Positions 10,093-20,293 of a DNA stretch of 64,000 nucleotides are shown one piece after another; positions within the stretch are counted from its first letter, which is position 1; every line of letters starts with the position of its first letter. Source of the DNA: Candidatus Anstonellales archaeon (GTDB lineage: Archaea > Micrarchaeota > Micrarchaeia > Anstonellales > J096). Under the pieces are notes generated by a model. The model was not told where the DNA came from. It did not search any database and saw only the letters and a list, made by a program, of their open reading frames with translations. The stretch is taken from positions 1 to 64,000 of the forward strand of contig JAWACY010000002.1 in assembly GCA_038896535.1 (NCBI GenBank), in the 5' to 3' direction. A program made the position numbers and the translations under genes.

Positions 10093-11103
10093 ATGCATCC
10101 TCATGCTGAAAAAATGCAGAATAAAAATATAGTTAATATAAAAGATCTTACAAAGACATACGAGATAAAAATAAAAGCCAATATATTCGGACAAGAGAGA
10201 AAAGATTATGTAAAAGCAGTTGATGGCATAACTGCTCAAATGGAAGAAGGAGATTTTCTAGGCCTTGTAGGGCCAAACGGCTCTGGAAAGACAACATTAA
10301 TGAAAATACTTGCAGGAGTATTGATACCGGATAAAGGGCAAGTAGATGTTTTGGGCTTTGTGCCTTGGCAAAGGAAAGAAGAATATCTAAAAAAGATTTC
10401 TGTAATGTTTGGTAATAGGTCCGGCCTTTTATTTGATTTGCCCGTTATCGATTCATTTGAGTTAAATAAGGTAATATATGAAATAGACAATAATAAGTAT
10501 AAAAGGAGGCTTGAAAAGATATCAAAAATTCTTGGCTTAAAAGAAATAATAAACATTCCAGTAAGAAAGCTTTCATTTGGCCAAAGAATAAGAGCAGAAA
10601 TTGGCTTGGCATTCTTGCATGAACCAAAGTTTGTTATTTTAGACGAGCCAACAATAGGGCTTGATATCATAGTTAAAAATAAGATATATGAATTTCTGAG
10701 TAAAATAAATGTAGAAGAAAATGTTACAATAATGTTCTCAACTCATATAATAGGAGACATAGAAAGGCTTTGTAATAAAATGATGATTTTGAATAAAGGC
10801 AAAGTAATATGGAAAGGCAGTATGAATGAGCTTCCAAGTATATTCTCAAAAACAAAGGAAATAGTATTTGAATATGAAAATGCAAAGAGCAATTTTGATC
10901 GTTTTGTAGATAAACATAGAGCTTCAGTTCAAGGGAATAAGATATCATTTTTAGTAGATGCAAAAAAAGAAAAAATTGTTATTAAAGAGATAGAAAAAAT
11001 ATTTAAGATAAAAACGCTCGAAATAAAACAACCAAGCCTTGAAGCATTACTAGGCCTTGTTTATTCAGGGGAAAAGCATTTTGATTTATTTAATGAAAAG
11101 TAA
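10093..11103 (+). CDS. ABC transporter ATP-binding protein
   Basis: GPNGSGKTT, LSFGQR signature, ILDEPT, H-loop STH. Confidence 0.92.
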   Translation: MHPHAEKMQNKNIVNIKDLTKTYEIKIKANIFGQERKDYVKAVDGITAQMEEGDFLGLVGPNGSGKTTLMKILAGVLIPDKGQVDVLGFVPWQRKEEYLKKISVMFGNRSGLLFDLPVIDSFELNKVIYEIDNNKYKRRLEKISKILGLKEIINIPVRKLSFGQRIRAEIGLAFLHEPKFVILDEPTIGLDIIVKNKIYEFLSKINVEENVTIMFSTHIIGDIERLCNKMMILNKGKVIWKGSMNELPSIFSKTKEIVFEYENAKSNFDRFVDKHRASVQGNKISFLVDAKKEKIVIKEIEKIFKIKTLEIKQPSLEALLGLVYSGEKHFDLFNEK

Positions 11104-11885
11104 TGAAAAGTGATACCATGTTTGTTAATCCAGTTTTAAGCATAAAAGCAAGCTTTCTTGCAGGTTTAAAAGAAACGAAGCAATTTAAAGGCATTATTTA
11201 TTCGAATGTCATTACTGTAATGCTAAGAGCATTCCTCATGATTTCAATATGGGGAAGCATATTTGGTTTTCAAAATATAATGGCTTATTTAGTAATGCTA
11301 TCATTTATAATCCTGCCAGGAGTAATGCCAACATTCAGACTTATAAATGAGTATTATGAATCAAAAATAATAGAAGGTTGGAGCATAGCATTTTCAAAGC
11401 CACTTGATTTCTTTTTATTTTCAGCATTTTATTCAACTGGCAGAGTAATAATAAGTTATATAATATCCATAATTGCAGGCATTATTATATTGCATTATTT
11501 GGGCTATGAAATAAATATAATGATGCTTTTTATATCAATACTTTTTATATTTATATTTGAAATTTCAATTGCATACTTATTATGCTCATTTGTTTATTTT
11601 TTCTATCATCTCTGGGGTTTTAGAGTTGTTATTGCAACCTTTTACATGTTATTTTCAGGGCTTTCTTTTCCTTTAATATATATAAGCCAAGATTTTTTGA
11701 ACATTTTGCAATTCTTCCCTTTTTCAATAAGGGGCCATTTTATAGCTTTATCTTTGCTCAATAATGATTTTTTATCTCTTTCTAAATATTTATTCATGTT
11801 AACATTATTTTCTATTTTATTTTTTGCCATTGGTTATTTTATACATAAAAGGGGCATTAAAAAATTTGAATCACAAGGTGGTTAA
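11103..11885 (+). CDS. ABC-2 family permease
   Basis: About 6 TM segments, KPLDF, FSGLSFPL, C-terminal KKFESQGG; overlaps ATPase stop. Confidence 0.85.
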   Translation: MKSDTMFVNPVLSIKASFLAGLKETKQFKGIIYSNVITVMLRAFLMISIWGSIFGFQNIMAYLVMLSFIILPGVMPTFRLINEYYESKIIEGWSIAFSKPLDFFLFSAFYSTGRVIISYIISIIAGIIILHYLGYEINIMMLFISILFIFIFEISIAYLLCSFVYFFYHLWGFRVVIATFYMLFSGLSFPLIYISQDFLNILQFFPFSIRGHFIALSLLNNDFLSLSKYLFMLTLFSILFFAIGYFIHKRGIKKFESQGG

Positions 11886-11926
11886 GAAAAGCATGAAAAA
11901 GCAATGCATTAAAGCAAGGTGTTTTT

Positions 11927-12724
11927 ATGGGGATAATAAAAAATATAAAAATGATAGTTAAATACTTGGAATTGAGCTATAAAAAGATAAAAGAATACAA
12001 TATCGAGCTTATCTATGCATTGTTGGTTGCATTTGTTAATGTAATAGGTTTTCCAATCATATGGTTTTTGCTGACACATGGTGGAAAAAGGGCAATTAAT
12101 ACATGGACATTCCCAGAGCTTGTTTTTGTATCGCTTATTTTGGGCATTATATACTCTTTTCTTGATTTAATAGGTCTTTGGGATGTTTGGAAAACTGCAT
12201 TTTCAGAAGGTAGGGTTGTTATGGTTAGATACTTAACAAAGCCGGCAAACTTTTTTTTACAACTTTTTGGTGAGAATTTCTATGTTGGTGATTTATTGAG
12301 AGTTGCTCTTTACATTCTAATAATGGCTTATGTGATATTTACTTATAATGTTCCATTATACCCAAATATTTTCTATTTATTGATGTTTTTTATCTTTGGT
12401 TTTATTGTTATGCTCCTTTTATTACTTATTGCAATAAATACATTTTTATTATATGACCAATCAGCAAGAGCTGTTCCAGAAATTTTATGGAGCTTTTTGG
12501 GTTATGCATCAATTCCTGTTGATGCAGCAAAGGACATTGCTGGTTTCATACTTAATTATATTATTCCAGTTGCTTTCATTGCTCTTATTCCAGCAAAAGC
12601 ATTTTTTGAAGGCACATCAATTATTGTTATATTATCATACATATTTATAGTAATAGCCCTTGTTTTTATAAATTATTACATGTGGAAAAAAGCATTAAGA
12701 AAGTTTGAGGCAGTTGGCGGATAA
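11927..12724 (+). CDS. ABC-2 family permease (second subunit)
   Basis: Multi-TM, YLTKP, IIPVAFIALIP, C-terminal RKFEAVGG. Confidence 0.85.
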   Translation: MGIIKNIKMIVKYLELSYKKIKEYNIELIYALLVAFVNVIGFPIIWFLLTHGGKRAINTWTFPELVFVSLILGIIYSFLDLIGLWDVWKTAFSEGRVVMVRYLTKPANFFLQLFGENFYVGDLLRVALYILIMAYVIFTYNVPLYPNIFYLLMFFIFGFIVMLLLLLIAINTFLLYDQSARAVPEILWSFLGYASIPVDAAKDIAGFILNYIIPVAFIALIPAKAFFEGTSIIVILSYIFIVIALVFINYYMWKKALRKFEAVGG

Positions 12725-12768
12725 ATATTGATAAAAATATTAAAATTATTATTCATTAAAATCATTTA

Positions 12769-14247
12769 TTAAAAATCATTATTTATCAAATGCTCCATTG
12801 CTTTAAACACAAGCCTTACTCCGCATCCAGAGCCTCTTTTTCCTATATATGGTAGCCAGCTTGCTTCCATCATGCTTGCAATATCAAGATGAGCCCATGC
12901 GTGGCCATCAACAAATGCTTCAATAAACTTTGCTCCTGTTATGCTGCTTGCATAACCCTCCCATGAACCCAAATTTTTTATATCCGCAACATCGCTTTTT
13001 ATCATCTCATCATATTCTTTGAACATTGGCATTGGCCAGACTCTTTCATATGTTTCATGGCCAGCTTTTATTAATGCTCTTTCAAGCTCATAGTTGTTTG
13101 TAAATAGGCCAATTGCTTTATCCCCAAGTGTTGTCAGCATAGCCCCTGTTAGTGTTGCTAAATCTATTATGTAATCTGGTTTTATGTGCTTTGTTACATA
13201 TGCCATTGCATCAGCCAATATAAGCCTTCCTTCTGCATCTGTATGCAATAGTTCAACTGTTTTGCCTGCATAACTTTTAATTATGCTGGATGGCTTTGAT
13301 GCTTTTCCACTTATTAAATTTTCTGTAAATATGCATACAGCATCAACATTAGCATTTATTTTTAGCATTGCACAACATTTAATTATTCCAAAACAAGCGC
13401 AAGCCCCTGATTTATCAAGATGCATGTTAGCCATTGATTTAGCAGGTTTTATGCCAAGGCCTCCGGAATCAAAGCATATGCCCTTTCCAACAACAGCAAA
13501 ATGTTTCTTTGCTCCTTTGCTTTTATATGATAAGTGTACTAGATAAACTCCTCTATCGCTTCCAGAGTTTACAGCAAGAGCAAGATTCAACCCTTTTTTC
13601 TCAAGCATTTTTTTATCCCATAAAACAAATTTTAATCCATATTTGTTTGCAATCTCTCTTGCTTCTTTTGCAAAAAATTCAGGCGTGCCAATATTTGCAG
13701 GCATATTCGCAAGCTTTCTTGCATAATTCTGGCACATTGCAACTTTTATTGTCCTTTCAAGCTTTTCATCATAAGAAGGCACATAAAGAGTTTTTAATCT
13801 TGTTTTTTTCTCCTGCTTCCCCATCTTATTTTGCTTTCCCTTATCTTGCTTTCCGCTCTCCTTATCTTCGCCAAAAGAATCGCCAAAAGAAAAACTTGCT
13901 AAAATGCATCCTTCTATAAATGCATTCAATACTTTATTGTAAACAACTTTATCTTTAATGTTAATACTGAGCATTAATTCTTCGCTATTAAGATGTTGAG
14001 AAATAAACATAGCATTAACGCTTGATTTCCTCGCATCTTCAACATTTATTTTGCTTTCTTCATTGCCTATGCATACAAGCAACTTTTTCTCTTTCTCGCT
14101 ATTTATCAAATATGTGTTGCCTAAGGATTTTTTTTCATCTACATAAAGCTCAATAACAGGCAATGATCCATTCCTTGCCTTTTTATAATGCTCATCACTT
14201 GCTTTTATTACATGCAATCCAGCCAAGCTATTTTCATATTCCTTCAT
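12769..14247 (-). CDS. pepA: Leucyl aminopeptidase (M17)
   Basis: VGKGICFDSGG, HTDAEGRL, DLATLTGA, WAHLDIA. Confidence 0.93.
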   Translation of the reverse strand: MKEYENSLAGLHVIKASDEHYKKARNGSLPVIELYVDEKKSLGNTYLINSEKEKKLLVCIGNEESKINVEDARKSSVNAMFISQHLNSEELMLSINIKDKVVYNKVLNAFIEGCILASFSFGDSFGEDKESGKQDKGKQNKMGKQEKKTRLKTLYVPSYDEKLERTIKVAMCQNYARKLANMPANIGTPEFFAKEAREIANKYGLKFVLWDKKMLEKKGLNLALAVNSGSDRGVYLVHLSYKSKGAKKHFAVVGKGICFDSGGLGIKPAKSMANMHLDKSGACACFGIIKCCAMLKINANVDAVCIFTENLISGKASKPSSIIKSYAGKTVELLHTDAEGRLILADAMAYVTKHIKPDYIIDLATLTGAMLTTLGDKAIGLFTNNYELERALIKAGHETYERVWPMPMFKEYDEMIKSDVADIKNLGSWEGYASSITGAKFIEAFVDGHAWAHLDIASMMEASWLPYIGKRGSGCGVRLVFKAMEHLINNDF

Positions 14248-14274
14248 TGCACCACCACCATTTTTTATTTAATA

Positions 14275-15828
14275 TTAAATTTTTGACATTATGTAATATA
14301 TTAATGCAAGCGCCACTATTATTAATAAAATTACAATTGCCAATATTGGTATTGACGGCACTTCAATCGTTTTTCTATATGTTTCAAAACCATCCTTCGC
14401 TATTTCAATGTTATACTGCCCTTCCTTATCAAATACGATCGTGAAAAACGGCCTTGTTATTTTTGATGTTTGGCCGTTTACACTTAAATTATAATCACTG
14501 ACTTCCAAGCCAGCAATATCTTTGACCATAAATCTTATTACACTGCCTTTATCTACTTTTGTTATGTCTGGCTCTAATAAAAATTTATCTTTTGGCAATT
14601 TATCATTTTTCTTTATTTTTATTATCTCTTGCTGGCTGCCCTGCGTTGAGCATGAAATATTCATGTCTCTATCAAAATTTTTTGGGTCAATTAATAAAGA
14701 AAATGCGCCAAAATTGTCTGCTTGCGTTGCATAAAAAAGATTGTTTGCCCTTATTGTTATTTGCTGGTTTAATGGCCATGAATAACCTTCAATGGAGAAT
14801 GGTATAAAACCAGCTTCATTTGGAAAACTTTTTATATAACATCCTTTGCTTATGTCAATTTTTAGAAATGACTTCCTGAAATTTTTCAAATAAAGCAGAA
14901 GCAAGTTGTTTTCTTTTATTGCATATGATAATGAATAGCCATCAATGCTATAGCTCTGCCTTGGTCTGTCAGAAAAAACTACAACAGAAGTTGGATAAAA
15001 AGCAATTATTTTATCCCCCTCCAATGTTGTAAAAAGGGCAGTTGTTTCCTTTATTTCATATTTATTTACAATATTCATGTTCGGCAATTGAAGGACATAA
15101 TATGCTTTGTTTGTTAATACTCTCGCTTCATTTCCAGAGCTGCTTATTGCTTGTACTGAACCATCTAAATTTACAGAAGATATTGTTTCCCCGTTTTTAT
15201 TTACCAACAAAACAAGCCCTGTTAAGGAACCAGCAATATAGCCATATAAATTTTCTCCAACATTGGACTTTGATTTTATTAATGGGAAAAGCATCTGTTC
15301 TTTTAACTTATTGTTCTCACTTGTTATTAATGAGATACCTGCATTTGAATAAAGAAAAACACCATTGCTTGCAGGCCTTATGAAATCTGCTACTCTATCA
15401 AGTACCAATGAATCAATGGGGTTGCCATTTTCATCATATAAATTTAGTGAATACAAAAGCCTCTGGCTTCTTTCATCTTTATCTAATGTTAATACATATA
15501 GCGAATTATTTGATACAGCCATTGATATTGCACTGCCATTTATTGTTATGCTTGTATTTGACACTGGAATAGCAGATAAGTAATATAGCCCTATGCTTCC
15601 ATCTCCTCCTGCATAAGCTTTATTTTTTATAAATGCTAATGCATTAGCACTTAAGTTAGTTATGCTATAAATATTACCATTCTCACTTGTTGCATATAAA
15701 GCTGTGCCGTCATATGTAAAATATATGTTTTGATAAACATAGGAACCGAAGTGTATAGTAAATAGGTTAAATAACATTGCAAAGATTAAAAAAAATCTTG
15801 AAAATTTAAACAATTGTGAGCTTACCAT
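14275..15828 (-). CDS. Secreted beta-propeller-like surface protein with C-terminal TM anchor
   Basis: Signal peptide; repeated beta-strand blades; AKDGF Ig-like motif; C-terminal TM ILAIVILLIIVALALIYY. Confidence 0.65.
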   Translation of the reverse strand: MVSSQLFKFSRFFLIFAMLFNLFTIHFGSYVYQNIYFTYDGTALYATSENGNIYSITNLSANALAFIKNKAYAGGDGSIGLYYLSAIPVSNTSITINGSAISMAVSNNSLYVLTLDKDERSQRLLYSLNLYDENGNPIDSLVLDRVADFIRPASNGVFLYSNAGISLITSENNKLKEQMLFPLIKSKSNVGENLYGYIAGSLTGLVLLVNKNGETISSVNLDGSVQAISSSGNEARVLTNKAYYVLQLPNMNIVNKYEIKETTALFTTLEGDKIIAFYPTSVVVFSDRPRQSYSIDGYSLSYAIKENNLLLLYLKNFRKSFLKIDISKGCYIKSFPNEAGFIPFSIEGYSWPLNQQITIRANNLFYATQADNFGAFSLLIDPKNFDRDMNISCSTQGSQQEIIKIKKNDKLPKDKFLLEPDITKVDKGSVIRFMVKDIAGLEVSDYNLSVNGQTSKITRPFFTIVFDKEGQYNIEIAKDGFETYRKTIEVPSIPILAIVILLIIVALALIYYIMSKI

Positions 15829-16270
15829 TTTCTATTTCCTTTTGCACTTGTTTTGGGTTCATGCCATCTACATTAAGGCCCATGCTTAATGCAGTGCCTA
15901 AAATCTCCTTTACCGCATTCTTCAGGTTTTTCGATACTTTATTTGAACTTTTTGCTATTTCTATAACATCCTTTAAAGATATATTGCCAATAGCATTTTC
16001 TTTCCATGCTTTGCCATGCCCTTTTTCTATGCCTGCCTTTTTCTTAAGCAATTGTGATACAGGCGGGCTTCCTACAGAAACTTCAAATGTTTTTGTTTTT
16101 GGATCAACCAATACAGTAACTGGAACTGTAATGCCCTCAAATGGCTTTGTCATTTCATTTATCTTATTTACTACTGCTTGCGTATTTATTCCTAATGGCC
16201 CTAATGCCGGGCCTAATGGAGGGCCTCCAGATGCCTTTCCACCTTCAACCATAAGTTTTATTTCCTTCAT
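15806..16270 (-). CDS. rpl11: 50S ribosomal protein L11
   Basis: GGKASGGPPLGPALGPLGIN; KEILGTALSMG. Confidence 0.97.
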   Translation of the reverse strand: MKEIKLMVEGGKASGGPPLGPALGPLGINTQAVVNKINEMTKPFEGITVPVTVLVDPKTKTFEVSVGSPPVSQLLKKKAGIEKGHGKAWKENAIGNISLKDVIEIAKSSNKVSKNLKNAVKEILGTALSMGLNVDGMNPKQVQKEIENGKLTIV

Positions 16271-16356
16271 GCTTCCACCACCGAATTTAATAATTAATAA
16301 TTAACATCTTAATGTTATAATTAAAAATGAATATTAGGAAATATTTAAAATCATAT

Positions 16357-16466
16357 TAGTTAGACACTTAGTAGTTAGACACTTAGTTAAAGATGGCAAT
16401 ATTAGTTAAAGATGGCAATAGCAAAAAAGAGCAAAAATGCTAAGATTGGCTGGCTTAAGATTGGCT
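16357..16466. repeat. Cluster of intergenic tandem duplications
   Basis: TAGTTAGACACTTAG x2 (16357-16386), TTAGTTAAAGATGGCAATA x2 (16383-16420), TAAGATTGGCT x2 (16441, 16456). Confidence 0.85.
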
Positions 16467-16512
16467 AGTGTTTGGGGTTTGATTTTTTAATCCTTTCATA
16501 TTTAATATATTA

Positions 16513-17682
16513 ATGTTCGATCTATTAAAAAAGAGCATAAAAAACTTTGTAGATTCAGCGTCATCTATAATAAAAGGCAAGAAAGAGAAAAAAGAAGAAA
16601 TTGAAGAAAAAGAGAAAATAGAGGGAGAAGGAAAAAAAGAGGGTATGAAAGAAGAAGAGCAAAGGGAAGAGATAAAAAAAAGCGAGGAAAGGAAAGAAAG
16701 GGAAAATAAAGAGCAGGCCAAGGAAATTGATAATGAGGAAAATGATAGGAATAGGCTAAAAACAGATAGAGCAATTGCTGAGAAGCCAGAAGTTAAGGTT
16801 GGATTGTTTAAATCTGTTGGGGCAGTAATAACAGGCAGAATAAAAATAGAAGAGAAAGACATTAAACAAGCCCTTGAAAATCTTGAAATAGCACTCATAG
16901 AAGCAGATGTTGCTATAGATGCTTGCGATGAAATAAAAGAAAAATTAAAGAGAAACATTGTTGGTTTAGAATTGGGCAAAGAGCAACTTAATAATTACAT
17001 TATGCAATCAATAAAAGAAGCATTAAGAGAGATGATGAAAAAAAGCGATTATGATTTGCTTGAAATTTTGAAAAAAGAAAAGAAAAGGCCATATACGATA
17101 TTATTTTTTGGGCCGAATGGTGCAGGGAAGACATCAACAATAGCAAAAATTGCATTTATGTTAAAAAATAATGGATATAGCGTTTTAATAGCAGCAGCAG
17201 ATACTTTTAGAGCAGCAGCAATAGAACAGCTTGAGGCACATGCAAAAAATCTTGGCTTAGATATAATAAAAGGTAGTTATGGCCAACATCCATCTTCTGT
17301 TGTTTATAATGCAATAAATTATGCAAAAACAAGAGGCATTGATGTTTTACTTATTGATACTGCTGGCAGGCAAGAACTTAATATGAATCTTATGAAAGAA
17401 CTGGAGAAAATAAAGAAAGTTGCTAATGGGGATTTGCATATATTTGTTGTAGAAAGCATTGTCGGCAGCGCCGTTTATAATCAAATAAAAACATTTAATG
17501 AACTTGTTGGCATTGATACTGTAATATTAACCAAGACAGACCTCGATGCTAAAGGAGGGGCAATAATATCAATAGGAAAGGCAACAGGCCTGCCAATAAT
17601 GTATATAACAAAAGGGCAAAGTTATGATGCCATAGAGAGATTTGAACCAGAAGTATTTTTGAATAAAATATTAGAATGGTAA
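16513..17682 (+). CDS. ftsY: SRP receptor FtsY
   Basis: LIEADV, GPNGAGKT, DTFRAAAIEQL, DTAGR, TKTDLDAKGG. Confidence 0.96.
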   Translation: MFDLLKKSIKNFVDSASSIIKGKKEKKEEIEEKEKIEGEGKKEGMKEEEQREEIKKSEERKERENKEQAKEIDNEENDRNRLKTDRAIAEKPEVKVGLFKSVGAVITGRIKIEEKDIKQALENLEIALIEADVAIDACDEIKEKLKRNIVGLELGKEQLNNYIMQSIKEALREMMKKSDYDLLEILKKEKKRPYTILFFGPNGAGKTSTIAKIAFMLKNNGYSVLIAAADTFRAAAIEQLEAHAKNLGLDIIKGSYGQHPSSVVYNAINYAKTRGIDVLLIDTAGRQELNMNLMKELEKIKKVANGDLHIFVVESIVGSAVYNQIKTFNELVGIDTVILTKTDLDAKGGAIISIGKATGLPIMYITKGQSYDAIERFEPEVFLNKILEW

Positions 17683-17715
17683 AATAACATTGAAAAATAA
17701 AATAAATAAAATAAA

Positions 17716-18159
17716 TTGAAAAACAAAAGGTTGAATAAAATGAAAGAAAAGAAAGAAGCACAAAAGCATGAAAATATCATTATTACAGATGCAAATTTCC
17801 TTATCTATGCAATTGAAAAAAGGATAAGGTTAGAAGAAATTTATGATATTATTGAAGGAAAATGCACATTTGCAATGCCTGAAAAAGTAAGAAGGGAGCT
17901 AGAGAGAATAGCAAGTAAAAAAAGCAGAGAATCAAAATATGCGAGAGTTGCCTTAATTTTACCTATAAAGGTTATAGCAGCAAAAGGCAGAACAGCTGAC
18001 GAGCAAGTTTTAAATGCTGCTTTGTCAATCAGTAATTTAAATAAAGATTATTTAACAGCTTATATAATTACTAACGATAAAAAGCTTATAATAAATGCAA
18101 AAAAGAATGGCATTGGCGTAATAACAGTAAAAGGACTAAAAGGTTTTAGCATTGCCTGA
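17716..18159 (+). CDS. PIN-domain protein (Fcf1/Utp24-like)
   Basis: IITDANFL, VRREL, ADEQVL, ITNDKKL. Confidence 0.85.
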   Translation: MKNKRLNKMKEKKEAQKHENIIITDANFLIYAIEKRIRLEEIYDIIEGKCTFAMPEKVRRELERIASKKSRESKYARVALILPIKVIAAKGRTADEQVLNAALSISNLNKDYLTAYIITNDKKLIINAKKNGIGVITVKGLKGFSIA

Positions 18160-18250
18160 TATTGCTTATCAAAGTATTACAAAGTATTAATTACTACAAA
18201 GTTGCTTATTACTTATTGCAAAGCTATTATAGATGGGTCTATTATAAAGA

Positions 18251-19282
18251 TTATAAAGCATTTTTTAACCTATTTATGTTATATCTTAATTCGTTATCAT
18301 TAATGTATTCTGTTTCAATTAGTTTTAATAATCTTTCAATAGCATTTACATATGTATTATGTTTTCTTTCATCAGTTGCTTTTAATGCAACGCTAAACTT
18401 TTTCAGTACATCTTCAATGTTTGCTATTCTCTCTTTATTCAAAATACTCAATTTTGTGTAATAAAGCGCAGTTATTAAAAATATATCAAAAACACTCTTT
18501 TGCCTGCCTTCTAAGTTAAACTTTGTATTGAGGCAACTTGCATCACCTGCTAAGCTGATAAGAAATTGATCAGCATAAAGATAATCAAAAATGTATAAGA
18601 ATGCCTCTTTAAGCCATTCATTATGCTTCTCTTTTTTTATCTTCTCCATAATATTGTTAAGTTCTAATAAAAACTTAATGCCCTGGTCTTTATAAAATGC
18701 AAGCTGCTTGTTATTATCAACTTTTTCTTTTATAAACAACTCTTTAAGCAGAGCAAGATTTCTATCATATTCACTTATTAAACTTTTAATATCTGAATAA
18801 CTATTTGCGCCCCTTATTTTATGCCTTATTTTTTGTAAAACTTTAAATAGCTCATCAACAGTAATATTTTGTTTAATATTTTGTTTTCTTTCTAGCATTT
18901 CTGGCCCTTGGCTTATCTTTCCCTCGCCGATTTGTCTTATTGTTTGTAGCTTTTGCGATTGTTTATTAATTTCCCTTTCTCCCCCTTTTATAACCTGCGC
19001 TGGTTTTTCTTTAAAAAATGATTTATAATAATCTATTTTTTGTGCAAATATTTTTGTATTTGGATTGCTATTCAAAATATCTCTTATTAAATATAAATCC
19101 TCAGCATAAAACATTTTTGAAAGTTGCTCAAAGAATTTTTTAATTGTATTTTCATCAATTTTGCCAGTGAACATATAACCCTCTATCTGTCTTTGCATTA
19201 TTCTGTCTTTGCTTATTATATTTTTTATTGCTTCTTCAATATCCTTTTTGCTTTTTCTTTGCCCTTGCATGCTGTTTGTCAT
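18251..19282 (-). CDS. Hypothetical helical protein
   Basis: 343-aa ORF with no recognised motif. Confidence 0.7.
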   Translation of the reverse strand: MTNSMQGQRKSKKDIEEAIKNIISKDRIMQRQIEGYMFTGKIDENTIKKFFEQLSKMFYAEDLYLIRDILNSNPNTKIFAQKIDYYKSFFKEKPAQVIKGGEREINKQSQKLQTIRQIGEGKISQGPEMLERKQNIKQNITVDELFKVLQKIRHKIRGANSYSDIKSLISEYDRNLALLKELFIKEKVDNNKQLAFYKDQGIKFLLELNNIMEKIKKEKHNEWLKEAFLYIFDYLYADQFLISLAGDASCLNTKFNLEGRQKSVFDIFLITALYYTKLSILNKERIANIEDVLKKFSVALKATDERKHNTYVNAIERLLKLIETEYINDNELRYNINRLKNAL

Positions 19283-19347
19283 AATATTATTATGTTATAA
19301 TAAGGGGTTTAAAAATGTATTCAACTTGCTTTTAATCTTAAACAAGC

Positions 19348-19782
19348 TTATGCATTTATCCTTCTTGATTTGCTTATTTGATTTATTAATTTCTCATTAC
19401 TTAAAAATCCACAGCCAAGGCACGCATTATTATGCAAGACAGCAACAAACTTATTAAAATTATATTCGTCAATAAATATTTTTATATTCCTAACTTCAAT
19501 GTCATTTCCTTTTGCATAAATAAATGCTTGCTCTTTATCAAGCAATACAAAATTTTTCATCGCTAAATTACCAAAGATTTGCAGAAAGTTTGTTGTTGGC
19601 TTATAGCCATTTTTTATTTTTTTCAATGCAACAATGCCAAAATGCTCTCCAATATTTTCGAATGTAAATGCTATTATTTTCTCATTTTTTTGTAAAAATT
19701 TTATATGTTCTGGCAATGTTATGCCAAAATAAGATAAATACCAATTTCTTGCATAAATATTTGCATCAATGCTTTCATCCAT
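19348..19782 (-). CDS. NIP7/RsmF-C-terminal PUA-like ribosome biogenesis protein
   Basis: KPTTNFLQIFG, YAKGNDI, LGCG, NQISKSRR pattern. Confidence 0.7.
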   Translation of the reverse strand: MDESIDANIYARNWYLSYFGITLPEHIKFLQKNEKIIAFTFENIGEHFGIVALKKIKNGYKPTTNFLQIFGNLAMKNFVLLDKEQAFIYAKGNDIEVRNIKIFIDEYNFNKFVAVLHNNACLGCGFLSNEKLINQISKSRRINA

Positions 19783-19806
19783 ATTTAGCCCATGTTAATA
19801 TGTTAA

Positions 19807-20079
19807 TTATTGCTTAAGTTTTACACTGCCGGATTTTATTTTTGTTATACATAGCAATCTTTGGTCTGGTTGTGCTCCCATCATGCTTAATTGCCCTTTC
19901 TCATATTCACTTGGCTGTTCCAAGTTTTCCATGCCTTCAACTACATGGGTTAAACAGCTCCCACAAACTCCTTCGTGGCAAGCGAACAATATAGAACATT
20001 TTCCATCTAATGTGCCAAGGCTTTCTCCATCATTAAGCTCTATAGTTTTGTCATCATTAACAATATATACCTTTGCCAT
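19807..20079 (-). CDS. 2Fe-2S ferredoxin
   Basis: C-HEGV-C-GS-C ... RLLC. Confidence 0.92.
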   Translation of the reverse strand: MAKVYIVNDDKTIELNDGESLGTLDGKCSILFACHEGVCGSCLTHVVEGMENLEQPSEYEKGQLSMMGAQPDQRLLCITKIKSGSVKLKQ

Positions 20080-20150
20080 GCTAATAAATTATGATATATA
20101 TTTTTAAATGCATTATTTTGATTTTTGACATTTGCTATAAACTTCTTTTT

Positions 20151-20235
20151 GCTGGGGTGGCAGAGCGGTAATGCGCCTGTCTCGAAAACAGGTGCCTGCT
20201 TAGCAGGCTCAGGGGTTCGAATCCCCTCCCCAGCG
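20151..20235 (+). tRNA. tRNA-Ser(CGA)
   Basis: Acceptor GCTGGGG/CCCCAGC, anticodon arm CCTGT-CTCGAAA-ACAGG, long variable arm GCCTGC/GCAGGC, T loop TTCGAAT. Confidence 0.95.
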
Positions 20236-20293
20236 CAACAAATATGAAAGGCAATGAGCAACGATTTTTAAATGTTTTTTTTCTTATAATTAT

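Noticed and set aside
13220..13480. PepA motif variants (HTDAEGR for NTDAEGR; DKSGA)
   Set aside because: Metal-binding and catalytic Lys/Asp/Glu/Arg residues are retained, so no evidence of changed function
18162..18461. 99-aa + strand ORF after the PIN gene
   Set aside because: Begins in repetitive intergenic DNA and runs antisense into a longer ORF
9934..20235. tRNA-anchored integrated element
   Set aside because: No integrase and no duplicated tRNA 3' end seen; intervening genes are largely housekeeping
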